From Dictyostelium fasciculatum (lineage: Eukaryota), in contig NW_004457624.1 of assembly GCF_000203815.1 (NCBI RefSeq), positions 3,058,354-3,122,353 of the forward strand: 64,000 nt of DNA, read 5' to 3'. Below the pieces are notes generated by a model. That model was not told the DNA's origin, ran no database searches, and saw only the letters and a program-made list of their open reading frames with translations. Within the stretch, counting starts at the first letter, position 1, and the number at the start of each line of letters is the position of its first letter. The position numbers and the translations under genes are program-made. Below, one piece after another: positions 48,319-61,225 of this stretch.

Positions 48319-49258
48319 GACAATATCATCAATTCAATTGGGTGATATTGATAATTCATATATTATTTCAATTTATTCGGTTGAAGAGTTTTTAGATACA
48401 TTGGTACCTGCAACTGGAAACAATAGTCATACAGTCAAACATTATAATTTAACAAATGTAGAATGGAATCTTGTTAAACAAGAATCTTTACATTCAACCT
48501 ATTGGAAATTTTCAATTACCCTCGATAATAATGCAACCATTGATGCAACATTTGAATACATTCGTGTAGAAAATGGATCAGATTTTACATTTGCCAATCA
48601 TACCTTTCATCTCAACCAACATACTCTTAAAGTATCAATCAATGTTAGTCAATGGCAGTTTGCAAGTCCATCAAACTCGTTAAAAGTTCTGATCAAATCA
48701 GAGACAATGGGTAAAAATGATTGTGGACAATTAAACAAAAGAGTTGATAATTCATCAAGCGGTTATCTTAATCTTGAAATTCAAAATACCAATACTGGAA
48801 TCGATGGTAGATTCTTGAAAATAGCAGAAGCTGATGGTACTCCAATTGTTGGAAAGGTACAAGAAGAAATGATGGATCAACCAGATTCTGATCAAGATTC
48901 AACTGTTGTCATTGGTATTATAGTACCAGCATTCCAATACTATGCATACCTAGATCCACACTATTCAGTTTATCTCCGTGTCGATGCAGATGCCGGTAAA
49001 TTTTCATGTTCCGGAAAACAAACAGATTGGAGATTGATGGTTGGTTTTGTACTTGGTACTCTTGCAGCAGTTGTCTTGATTGTATCGGTTGCACCTGCCA
49101 TTCAAAAGTGGAGACAAAGAAAAGAATTTGACAAACAAGAAAAAGAAGATGAAATTGCTCTTGCCAATGCAGCTGCTCAAGCCGCCGCCTTTGAACAAAT
49201 GATGGAACAACAAGTTGTTGATTTTGAATACACAAGAGAAAGAAGAGCTACTCTCTAG
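46082..49258 (+). CDS. Type I membrane protein with a signal peptide, at least 3 calcium-binding EGF modules, a large extracellular region with a poly-N tract, one TM helix and a short acidic/alanine-rich cytoplasmic tail. Exon 1 is about 46082..46249. Exon 2 begins about 46555..46610 and runs to 49258. The exact junction is unresolved.
   Basis: MIFHSLSIHHKVQTIILLIFLYSV (signal peptide). DVDECQTVKPCKGISSCLNTPGGYTCLCPNGW, DINECTESSPCHGSSQCVNTDGSYTCSCPKGF and DINECTDTT..CINTNGDYQCDC are cbEGF modules. TM is WRLMVGFVLGTLAAVVLIVSVAPAI. (AAT)n encodes N17 at 48263..48318. Confidence 0.6.
48263..48318 (+). repeat. (AAT)n trinucleotide microsatellite encoding a poly-Asn tract inside the EGF-protein CDS.
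   Basis: aataataat... x18, in frame. Confidence 0.9.
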
Positions 49259-49370
49259 ACCGAGAGAAAGGAAAGGATAAATAAACAAATGATTAAATAT
49301 TCTTTGAAATTGCTTCCATTTTAATAATCTATGATAATTATTAAAAGAAGATACGGGGGATCTATTCTTT

Positions 49371-52191
49371 TTATTTCTTTCCACTCTGGCTAATTGGTTG
49401 GAAATAACTGGTTATTGAAGTTTGTCTTGTTTTTTTCATTGGAGATGGTGGTGGAGGTTTTGTATCACCACCATTCATATTTTGATCAATATTAATAGTC
49501 GGAGTTGTTGTATCTGTAAAAGCTTGAGTTAAATTAATTTTGTCTTCAACCTTTTCTTCTTCTTCTTCCATCTTTTGTTCTACTTTTTCCTCTTTAACTT
49601 TTTGTTCAACCTTTTCTTCTTCCATTGGAGTTTCATCTTGTTCTGGTCTTGGAATTGTTGGATCATCAGATTTAACAATTGGTTGAATAAATTGATCTAA
49701 ACTTTCTTTTTTAGTTTCTGCCGTTGGGTCATTTTGAATAAAGAAACTTGACAAGAAACTATTTGTTGAAGTATTATCAATAATTAAAGCTGCCAATTTA
49801 CTTTGAATTGAAACTAATCCATCTTTCATCTAGAAATAAAAATAAATAAATAAAGATTAATATTTAATACTTTTTCTTTCTTTCTTTTTTTTTTTTTCTT
49901 TTTTTTACTCTAGTTCTATTAAAATCAATAGCATCTTTTGATTCTTTAATTTTTCCAGACCATCTAACAATTAATTGCTCAAATGGATTCATTTTATCCT
50001 TTCTCTTTAGTTCATTCAACTCTTTTCGACTGTTGGAACAAATATCAACCAAAACAATTAAATTTAACATCTTTAACACATCGATAGTATCATCTTTAAT
50101 TTGTTGAACAAATGGTCTAAGTATAACCACCAATTCTTCAACCATTGATGATTTTTTTGAAATAATTTCTTTTATATTATTCTAAAATTAAAAAAAGAAA
50201 AGAGTATAAACAATTTGTATTCATTTTTTTTGATTTCTGTTCTATTCTTTTTACTTGCATTATTTAAAATTTTTAAAATTGAATATAAAGCAAATTTTCT
50301 TTGAAGATCAATTTTAATTGGATGTTTAATTTTACCGTGACAAGGTAAAACGTAGGAAACAATAGTTGATAGACTGTAAATATATTTTTCGTCAAGTGAA
50401 CTCCAAATATCATCAAATAGAGTGATGGTTGTATCATCGGCCGATTGTTCAACTGTCAAGGTGTTGTAGAATGATACGATTAGAGTATTGAGAAGGGTTG
50501 GGAGTAAAAGTAGGATTTGGAGTATAGTAGTTCCCAATGCAAGATTGGTAGCTGATTCCTTTTGTTCTTGTTCTTGTTTTTGTTTCAAATCAACATCTTC
50601 GATAAAATCTTGCAACATATCTTGTTGATTACTTCTACGGAAATTTGGATCCAAACATAATAAACAAATAAATAAAATTAAATGTTTTAATTCTTCTGAT
50701 TTAAATTGACTAAAGAGAGAAAAAAGAAAATGTATTAGAAATGTATAATGTTTTTTTTTTTTGTTTTTCCTTCCATACTGTGATTGTTCTTTTAATAAAG
50801 TTAAAATATAATAAAGATTTGTGAATGGGAATGATCGTTTTGGTTGTTTATCCATATTATTTAACTCTTCTGTAGCGGCGGTAGTAGAAGCACTACTATT
50901 ACTTGTTGATTCATTTGAAGGTTTGGTAGCATTAAAAGTTTGATCAGTATTGATTTTATAATGACCTTGTAAAACATCCACTAAACTTTGGAATGGTAAA
51001 AGTATGGTTTTTGAATTTTTGATTGATTTTGATAGAATCAAATATGATTTATAAACTGTTAATTCATCTTTTTCAAAACAAACTAAAATAAATAGAAAAA
51101 AAAATTAATTAGGTTAAATCATCCATCCATCTAGATTTAAATTGTTTTTTGTTTCATACTATAAGAAAATAATAAATCTAATAAAAATTTTGGAATTGTA
51201 TCAAAAGTTCCAACTAAATAATCCAAACCATTTAAAATAAAATATTTAAATGGTGTTCTTTCTCCAGTATTTTTAAATACTTGAATTAAATCAGATTCAG
51301 CTTTGGAAGCTGGTATATAATTGGAATCCAATACCTTTGATAGAGATAATACCTTTGGTAATTCCAATTCTTTTTCCTTTATACACATTTGATTTGGATT
51401 TTCTGTCATCATTAAATCTGGTCTTGCTTTTAATAACTAAATAAAAAAAAATAGAAAATTTAATAAACCAAGTAAGATAATATTTTCTTTTGTCTTTTTC
51501 TTTCATTTACTTTTGATAATTTTTGATAATCTTCTTTATCAATTAAATCAGATTCAGATATCTTCTTTTTAGTTTCATTTTGTTGATTGATCATTTCATC
51601 ATAAGAGATGACTTCTTGCTCTGGTTTTCTTTCTTTTTTTTGCATTAGCAAGTCATCGAGTGAGATTGCATTGGATGTCTTTGCGCGTGACTTTGCAGTT
51701 GCTGGTTGTACCGATTGCATTTGCTTTTGTTGTCCTTTTTGTGCCATTTGTACACGTTCTTCGTTGGACACTGTCTTTTGTTTCTTTCTTTGACTAAATG
51801 ATTGTCTCTCTGGTTTTGATATGAATCCTCCGTCGTAATCGTTTTCTTGGCTACTTGAAGGACTACCAAATGATGGACTTGTAATATTAGATGATGATGT
51901 AGAAGAAGATGGTGGTGGTGAAGAGTAATAAGAGTTATTATTATTATTATTACTACTACCGTTGTTGTTATTATAATTATCCTCCTGTTTAGGTGTTAGA
52001 GGAGTAGGAGGAGGAGGAGCCTTTCTTCTTGAAGTAAATGTCTTTAGTATAGTGAAGGGGGCAGGTTTGAGTTGGTCAATGATAGACTTGTTCTTTTGTA
52101 GTGTGTCTTGTTCATCGTCGTCAAACATATCTGCACCAGCCACTCTGACAGACACAGTTCCATCCTTGTTCTCTTCTATCTTTTGAGACAT
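49371..52191 (-). CDS. Multi-exon gene (at least 6 exons) encoding a protein of about 800-900 aa whose extreme C-terminus is a canonical PIP box (QTSITSYF). Exons are about 51511..52191, 51160..51436, 50779..51082, about 50200..50778, about 49909..50171 and 49371..49829. The exon 4/5 junction is uncertain.
   Basis: ORFs 51460..52209, 51137..51412, 50172..51041, 49864..50145 and 49371..49829 all lie on the minus strand. GTAAAT/GTATGA/GTATGG donors and TTTAG acceptors have consistent phases for exons 1-4. The final exon ends ..PPPSPMKKTRQTSITSYFQPISQSGKK* after a K/E-rich disordered region. Compare POLD3 ..RQVSITGFFQRK. Confidence 0.45.
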
Positions 52192-53027
52192 GATGTGATG
52201 TGATGTCAACTCTCTCTCTCTCTCTCTCTAGCTCTGACAGCAATAATCTAAAGAATCTTAAAGATGAGGTGAGCAAATCAACAAAACATGTTCTCTCTCT
52301 TCAACTTTTTAAAATTTGATTTTTTCAAAGGCGGGAAGGGAAAGTAAGTATTATTATTGTTCATAGGATCCTCAAATACCAAGTATAAATAAGAGATGGA
52401 AATATTATATTTTATTTATAAACCCATCAAACTCAAGTTACTTTACTTTGAATTTTCAAAAAAGGAAAAACTCTATAATAATTTATATTTATATTTTATA
52501 TTTTTTTATTATTAAAGTAAGTATGTAATGAATGTGATTAATATCATCAATATTTAATGATTAATATTGGTAAAAACCAGTTTTAAAGGAATAATATAAT
52601 AAATAGGAACGAATCTTTGAAAGCGATTCTGACAGAAGCGCATGAAATCAAGTGGGATTGGTTTTTCAAGCTGCGAAAAAATAAAATAAAAAAAAAAAGT
52701 AAATATGAAAAATTGAGTATTTTGATGCATGCAAATATGTAACCCGCCCATATTATATTATTTTGTTGTAACAAATTTTTATCATTATATTAACCGTGTG
52801 TACATAGACAGAAGAATTAGAATTTTTATTATTTATCAATTAACAACCTTTGTGAGACAGAGAAACAATAACAACGAAAAAGTTAACTTTTGCTTTTTTA
52901 AAAAAGATAAAATAATAAAAAAAGAGAGAAAGTCATTAGAATAAAACAAGAAGAAGGATAGAAATAGAAGAACAATCATATTATTTATATACCTATATAT
53001 AAATATATATATATATTTAGATAAGAT

Positions 53028-55477
53028 ATGTTTAAACAAAAACTATTAGGTAGTCAAAGAGGAGAGGAAAGAGGAGGTGATTACTTTCCTTTACAAGATT
53101 TTGGCTCAAATAATAATAATAATAGTAGTAGTGGTGCAAGTGGCAGTAGTAGTAACAACAATAATAATAGTATCAATCGTGACGATGAATTAGAACTAGA
53201 AGATATCAATACAACAGGTTCTGTAATACATACAGCAAGACCGACATTGGACAATAATGAAGAACAAGAATCGTTTTTAGAGAAAACATCTCAGAGCATG
53301 CCCGCTATTCATAACTTGGACGCCTTTTTAACAGAGGTATACGAATACTTCCAAGGCAAAGGATTTATGTGTTTATTCCTTGACGACTTTTTTGAATTAG
53401 GGTAAAGATATAGACAAAACATAGTTAAACAAAAATAAGATTTATTTATTAATTATATTATTTATTATTTCCATAGGACATCATTATTTGTAGTTTCATT
53501 TTTTACATTTTTGGTATCATTTATCAATTATGGTGTATTGTTTAGTCAACCTTCAAACATACAGAAATCAGTCAATTTCGATAGACAAATCCCAACATGG
53601 TTGATCATATTTTTGGTTTTATTTGGTATCTATTGGTGTGCCAAATTCATTAAATTCTTGGCTAGTTTAAAGTCTCGTTTAGAAATGAGAAGTTTTTATC
53701 ATAATACTTTAAAGATTTCTGAAGTAAATATATATATATATAAAACAAAAAAGAATAGAATAGAGAATATAAATATTTATTAATTTTCTTTTTTTATTTT
53801 TATTTTAGGATGATGTACAAACAATTGAATGGAGAGAAGTTGTAACAAAATTAATTAAAGTACCAAGATTATGTGTAGTAAAGGGTAATATGAATGCATT
53901 GGATATTGCAAATAGAATCATGAGAAAGGATAATTATATCATTGGTATTGTCAATAGAGAAATCCTTGACCTTTCCATTCCATTCCCAGGTCTTCACAAA
54001 TATAAATTCATCACAAAAACTCTAGAGTGGAGTTTAATGTATGCATTGTTTAGTTATGTTTTCGATCGTAACGGTGAAATTAGACAAGAAGTTTTAGATA
54101 CAAATCAAAGACAAAGATTAGCAAGAGGGTAAGAAAAAACAAACAAACAAACAAAACAAAAAAAAAAATTGATCAATTTATTTATTCATTTCTTCTATTT
54201 CTATTTTTTTAGATTATCAAGAAGATTTAAAACAATTGGATTAATTGGATTATTTGCATCACCATTTATATTCTTTTTCCTATTACTTAATTTCTTTTTT
54301 GAATATGCTGAAGAATTTAAAAGTAAACCAGGTTCACTTGGTAGTCGTGAATGGTCTCCTTTGGCAAAATGGAAATTTAGAGAATTTAATGAATTATCTC
54401 ATTATTTTAAAACTAGGTAAAAAAAAAGAAAAAACAAAATATATTTATATTTATATTAACTTTTTCTTTTTCTTTTTCTTTTTTAGATTAAATCTTAGTT
54501 ATAGTCATGCAAACAAATATGTTGATAGTTTTCCATCAGAGACAGTATCGATTATGGCAAAATTTATTAGTTTTATTTTGGGATCTATATTGGCAGTATT
54601 TTTGATTTTTGGTATCTATAGTGACGATTTCCTTTTCAACTTTGATATTTATGGAAAAACTCCTATTTGGTATGTTGGTATTTTTGGTACTGCAGTAGCA
54701 GTGTGCAAGTCTTTGGTAGTTGATGAGAATCAAGTAGCACGTCCAGCCATCCAAATGACACGTGTTGTTCAGTACACACGTTATTGTCCACGTTCTTGGA
54801 AGGGCAAGAGTCACACATACTCGGTTCGCGACGAATTCCTCACTCTCTTTGAGTTTAGAGTTGTCAACTTTTTACGTGAAGTCAGTTCTGTCATTTTTGC
54901 ACCATTCATCCTCATCTTTTCGCTTCCCAAGTGCTCACTCGACATTCTCGACTTTATCGGCACCTTTACCGTGCGTGTCAACGGTGTCGGCTTGATTTGC
55001 AGCTTTGGTGCCTTTACCGACGTCAAGAAACACGGTAGTAAAAAGTATGGTGCCACTCAGGACGCTGACAAGTACTACAAGACCAAACAAGGCAAGTTGG
55101 AAAAGTCAATCGTCAACTTTTCACTCATCTATCCAGAATGGAAACCTGCTGGTCACGAAATCCTTGACAACCTCAATCAATTCCAAAAACAACAACAAAC
55201 AAATGGTACTAATCAAAATTCGAGTGGTAGAGTCGATCCACCTGCCAATTGGAATCCAAATGATATCAATTATATGCATGACTCTTCCTTTGTATCTCCA
55301 TCTACCATTCAAATGGTACTTGGTAGTACTGGAAGTGATAATAGTGGTGCTGCCATGGGCAACAACTATGACAACGCACAAAGAGCTCGAGTCGACCAAA
55401 ATGTAATCAATGCAGTCAATGATTTACAACAAAATTATTATGATTCTCAAATACTTCAACCAAATCAATTTCCTTAA
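53028..55477 (+). CDS. atg9: Autophagy-related protein 9 (ATG9), a multipass membrane lipid scramblase. Exons 53028..53401, 53477..53723, 53809..54128, 54213..54416 and 54487..55477 (711 aa).
   Basis: YEYFQGKGFMCLFLDDFFEL; IANRIMRKDNYIIGIVNREILDL (ATG9 hallmark IMRKENY); ..YTRYCPRSWKGKSHTYSVRDEFLTLFEFRVVNFLREVSSVIFAPFILIFSLPKCSLDILDFIGTFTVRVNGVGLICSFGAF; ..IYPEWKP. Four introns have GTAAAG/GTAAAT/GTAAGA/GTAAAA donors and TAG acceptors. Phases are consistent, giving 2136 nt. Confidence 0.8.
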
Positions 55478-56240
55478 AAAAAAAAAAAAATGATTTAAAA
55501 AGTAGAAAGAATCACAGCAAGACAAATCTGTAAAAACAAAACAAACACAAAACTTATAGGAATCAATTTGATTGTAAATATATATCTATTATTCTCCTTT
55601 AGAAGAAAATAAAATTCATTCTTACAACATTTTTTAACAACACATGTCGACGACATTACATTGTTCGTGCATATATATTTAATTTATTGAGAGAATATTC
55701 ATCATCGGAATTGACTTGTCGTTACGATAATCGCCCAGAGATCCCGCGGTTTTGGGTACAAAAAAAACATAAAAAGACACTTCGGAAATATCTCAGCGCC
55801 TCATCTAAAATTGTATCCTAACCAACCTCCTACTACAATCTTTCTTCCTCCTCCTTGTTGTTTGTTCCTTTATTATAAACATCAACCAACCCATCCATCT
55901 CATCTCCCATTATCGATATCCCATCTTTGTTATACACACAACAAAGCATAGCAAAGCAAAGAGCAAAGCGCAAACAAGAGCAGGGAGAAGAGAAGAGGAG
56001 AAAGAAAAATAACAATACACTCACCTCCCACTTACATACTCTATAGATTTATTCAGAAAGTTACACACACCTACACTCAGAGATACAGCAGTATATCTAA
56101 CAACACAATTATTGTAGGTTTAAAAGGATTAGATTTAAATATATTTACTTACTCTTTTCTCCCTCTATCTATCTATATATATATATATGTTTCAGTATTA
56201 ACAACAACAACAATATTATTATTATTATTAGGAAAGGGGA

Positions 56241-59200
56241 ATGGGAGATAGTAGTGTAATACTAAGTGTATTGAGCTTGGTAGACAAGAGATTAAATCGA
56301 TTAAAAGGATCACCAACCAATACAAGAGCTACTTTGGTCGACACTATCGAACAGTATCAAAAGACAAAAGATATACTATACAATGCAAAGAGACTACAGA
56401 GTAGAGATCCAGGTGACACTGACAATATCAAATCAAATATAACACAGATCGATGTTAGAATCAATCTTGCCAACCACGAAGAAAGTCTACTCATCAAACG
56501 ATTAAATGAAAAGGATTACTCTGAAAATGGTGAAACACCTTCTTCCCCTATCGTTGCATCAAGATCAACAACTCAATTAAATCAATTATTATTAGGTGTA
56601 GAAAAAAATATTAATATTAATATTAATAATAATACAACAACAACAACAACAACAAATGATATAAAGGAACAAACATCACAATCACAACAACCACAACAAG
56701 AAATAGTAGAAATTAAAGAAGAAATTAAAGTTGAAGATAAAAGACCAACTAGTCCTGTTACCACTACTACTACCACCACTGCCATTGCCATTTCCAATGT
56801 TGAAACTAGTCCACCGTCTACCGTTGTTGTTGGTGTTGTCCCTGATACAACCAATGTTTCATCTGAAGTAGATTCAAATCGAACAAGATCAAGTAGTTTT
56901 AAACAAGTTTTGGAAAGATTTGACAAGATTGAATTACACAATAACAATTATAATATTGTTAATCTAAACTCACATAATCCTACCAACGATAAAAAAGGAA
57001 ATAGTAATCTAAATATTCGTGGTCGTCCTCTTAAAGGTGATGAAACGACCGTCGCCGCTGTGGAAAAGGAGGAGAAGGAACCATCACAATCAATTTCACA
57101 ACCACCAACCATTACAAGAGAAGGATCATCATTATCAATTTCACAAAGAGGTGCTGAAATTACTAAAATGTTAAAGAAACAACATCATCTAGATGAATCT
57201 GAACAACAACAATCAGAAGATTCACATAGAGTTAAAAGATCAAAAAGTAGTAGTAGTTTAATTATCACTCCTCCTCCACAGCCAACTAATAATAGTCTTT
57301 CATCATCATTAAATGTATCAGCACCAACTACTACTACTACTATTACAACAAAACCTTCTTCTTCTTCTGAACCATCATTATCAGAACCAATTGATTCATT
57401 TATACCAATTGTTCAAAATGTTTTTGTTGTTCAATTGGATGAAGTACCAGATGAAGCAACTCCAAGAAAAACAACCATGTTGTTGACAAAACAAGCAAAG
57501 TCTGATATTTTCGATAGTAATATTAGTATTGGAGTAATGAATCAACCAAATAATAGTAATCTTAGTATATTATCAGAACAAAATAATAATAATAATATTA
57601 CAACAACTACACCTACAACTATACCAATATTTGCAAAATCAACAGATTATATTCCAATATCACGTCGTGCAACAGGATTTTCACCAATTAATACACCAAA
57701 TTCCGATTGTACAACACCAACCAGTAGTCAACCATATCCAAATTCTTCAGACATGATGTCAAGTTCAGTAGCCGATGCATTTTTATTGCGTCATCAAAAT
57801 ATTGTTCGTTCAGAGTCTGCTCTTTCGATTTCACAATCAATTCAACCATTTTTAATGGCAGATTCATTACTCAATTCATATACACCTCAATCATCATTAT
57901 TACAACAACAACAAGGTAATAATATCAGTCAATCATTACCACATTCATATTCTTCACAATCAATTAATAGTTTTACCAAACCACAACCACAACCATCATC
58001 ACAATTTAAAATATCACAAAGATTAAAGTTTTCGAGGCAAGTACCAATTCGTAAAACATCTGAAGCTAGAATTGGTCATGCTAGATCAAATAGTAATAAT
58101 CAAAACAACAATAATAATAATAATATGTATTATAATGCACCAGCAAATCCAAGTCCATTGTCAAGTGGACCACCTATTTATGGTGATGAACCTGTTAAAT
58201 GTCAAGGTGAAAGATTGGCACTATTACAATCACTATTAAAGGCAGAAGAATTGACAAACAATGCAGAGAGAAAGGTGATTGATGAAATCAACAAAATCAC
58301 TAGACAAAAATCCGAAGAACTCTATCAATTGGTTTGGGAAGTTAGAAATTTAGATAAAGCAATTGCTCATATTCTAAGTAGTAGATTGAAAATTGAAGAT
58401 TTATCATCTTGGAATTCTCAACGAGATGTTCCTTTAAATCAAAATCAAAATCAAAATAATCAAAATAATGAATATCAAAAAAAACCACAAGAAGAAATTG
58501 TAACAATAGAATTATCAAGTCAACTTAAACATTCAATGGAACGTTTAATTGTATTGATGAGAACAGAACCAACTATATTGGCAGAAACACTTTATAGAGC
58601 TGGTTATCTTAGAGATGAAGGTGATAAATCTTTAAAAGCAACACATTCAGATCTATCACAGGCGATTGTATTTTCATTGTTTGGTAATTGTTTTACTGCA
58701 ACCGATGAAAAACTATTGCTACTATTGATCAAAAAGATATCGGAAATTGAATTTTCCAAATGTCCAGATGATCAAAAACGTAAATTTGGTTCACAAGAAC
58801 CATTTTGTTATACTTTGCTCTCAACCTATCTAAAGTATACTTTTGGTAAACCATATATCATCTCTGTACTCAAAGATTTAATCGTTGCCATCATCCAAGA
58901 CCACAATATGAATCTTGAAGATGATCCACAGAAAAAGGCAATGTTGGCAGAATTTGGTCTACTCGAAGAAGAAGTCAATGTCGATCAAAAGGCATTGCTA
59001 CAACAATTCTCTGCCGAATTTCTTCAAAGAGTTTTGGCTCTCCAATCTGGTCTACCCTATGCCGTTCGTTGGATGTGTAAAGTAGTTTTGGGGTATTGGA
59101 GAAAACATGTTCGTGCATCACGTCCCGACGATTGGGTGCCAACCGATTTCTCAGACATTAAAGACATTGCACACGAGAATGAACTCATCATTCACTTGGT

Positions 59201-61152
59201 ATTTGAAAACTTTTTCATTCCAGCTCTTATTCGTCCAGAACATTATGGTGTATTTACTGGTCTCACTATTTCCCAAAAGACTCGTCATAATCTTATTCAA
59301 ATCGCTAAAATGGTTCTCACATTCCTTACCAATCCTCAATCCATTCCAACTTGGTTAAATGAAAGTATGAACCTTGCAAATCGTATTCAAGAATATTTTT
59401 CTGAAGTTTCTCAAGTTGAAGAACCTGATACTTATTATCATAGTAAATATAAAAACAAAAAAAATAGGAAGAGAAATGTATATTTTACTTATTTTTTTAT
59501 TTTTCTATTTTTTAGGACCAATATATGAATTAGAATTGGGACAAAATTTATTAGTATCATCAACTGATATATTTATAATGATGGAATTAATTTATCATAA
59601 CAAACCAGAAGAAGAGGATGAATCAGAAACCAAACAATTACAATTGGAAGTGGTAGAGATGATAAAGACTGTTCAACCAGCTGCACAATTGCAAGAAGGA
59701 ATGAAATTTTTGGTGATCAATGTGATACCAAAAGTTAAAGATTCGGCAGATCAATCAAGGATGAGTTCATTGGTACAAGGTCAACAGCATTCAATACGTT
59801 TGGCAAAAGAAAACCTTTTACTTTCTCTATGTGTATTAAATTATCTTTGTGGTTTTCTATCTACACCAATTTGTGAATTACTGCTACTTCAATGTGGTCG
59901 TTCAAGATCATTGGAATTGAATATTTTGGAAGCACAAATTGAAGAAACCATTAGAAGTCTTTGGTCACTACCAGATTCTTACAAACTCAACGACTATGAA
60001 CCATTGTTGGATTTAATGTTTGAAGATTATAATCGTCGTGAAAAGAAGCGATCAATGGAGAAACAATTAAAACTACTCTATCTAGATCAGCTCCAACGTC
60101 ACACTTCACAAATCATCTCTCAAAAGAATATCAATATCGAATTTTTGACCAATCAAAAGTTTAGACTCTTTAGAGACAAGACCTATACTCGTATGCAAAC
60201 CGAGTTTGTTTCTGAATTCATGTCTCGTTTCTCTATCAATACGCCTGGTAACTGTAGTTGCTCTCCTACCATCAACGATGAAGATTCAGATATCTGCGAT
60301 ACTTGTTCTCTCAAATCAACCATGATTAGTACCTTTTTAAAACGTGCCAAAGATGCAATCATTAAAAGTCCTTGGTGGAAAGATGCTCTTGAAGATGATC
60401 TAATCATTGCTCAAAATACTCTTGAACGTAATTTAATGACTCAAATTTATAATTAGTAAGGAAGAGGAAAGGACAAAAAATAATTATAAATATTATAAAT
60501 ATTAATTTTTTTTTCTTTTTTTTTTATAGTACATTTAGTATAAGTAAAGTTGATGTAATATTTTCAAAAGAATTAAAATCAAAATCAAGTTCAATTGATC
60601 ATAGATCACTTTATATTCCAGAGAAATATGCCAATCAATCACCATGGGAATTGGCACAACAAGAAATTAGAAAGATTAATCTTTATAAATCCCCTCATGA
60701 CAAGATGAAATGTATTATTGATACTTGGAATATTATTTTCAATTATACAAAACCATTGGGTGAATCTGGTCCTGATGATTTCTTACCTGTAAGAAGAAAT
60801 AGAAAAAAAAAATATATATATTTTTACTTACTTTTTTTTTTATTTTATTTTTTAGATAATGGGATATGTAATTATAAAAGCAAAACCAGAAAATTTATTA
60901 TCAAATATTCAATATATAAGTTTATATATTACAACTATGGATCCGACTGCCGAAGTATGGTTTATGAATTTGAAATCATCGATTGAAGTGATTCGAGAGG
61001 TATTGTCTGGTGAATTAAATTATAAAGGTTGGACAAATGGTATTTTAGCACCCATGATTGATAGAATTTCAATCATGAAAAAAGAAATTAAAAAGAAACA
61101 AAAAACAAAGTATAGAGCTTCTATTATCAATTTGTCAAATCTTTCTCAATAA
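56241..61152 (+). CDS. GAPVD1 / RME-6-like protein with an N-terminal region, a central RasGAP domain and a C-terminal VPS9 (Rab5 GEF) domain. Exons 56241..59442, 59516..60455, 60530..60788 and 60856..61152 (about 1565 aa).
   Basis: RasGAP: ..LQSGLPYAVRWMCKVVL.. and FENFFIPALIRPEHYGV (FLR..PAI..P arginine-finger-region pattern), LIQIAKMVLTFLTN. VPS9: KMKCIIDTWNIIFNY..GPDDFLP|IMGYVIIKAKPENLLSNIQYISLYIT. There are long poly-N/Q/T/S tracts in the N-terminal 900 aa. Phases are consistent, giving 4698 nt. Confidence 0.7.
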
Positions 61153-61225
61153 TAATAAAAAAAACAAAAAAAAAAACTATTTATTTAAATGATAAAACAT
61201 GTTTGTTTTTGTATTTTTTATTTTT

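Noticed and set aside
50145-50172. Possibility that the PIP-box gene is two separate genes, with an upstream gene ending at the stop at 50172 and a 230-aa gene starting at ATG 50145.
   Set aside because: Only about 27 bp would separate stop and start, which leaves no room for a promoter. An alternative AG at 50160 (…ataaaag|AA ATT ATT) restores the frame with the donor GCA A|GTAAAA. The junction stays uncertain but a single gene is more parsimonious.
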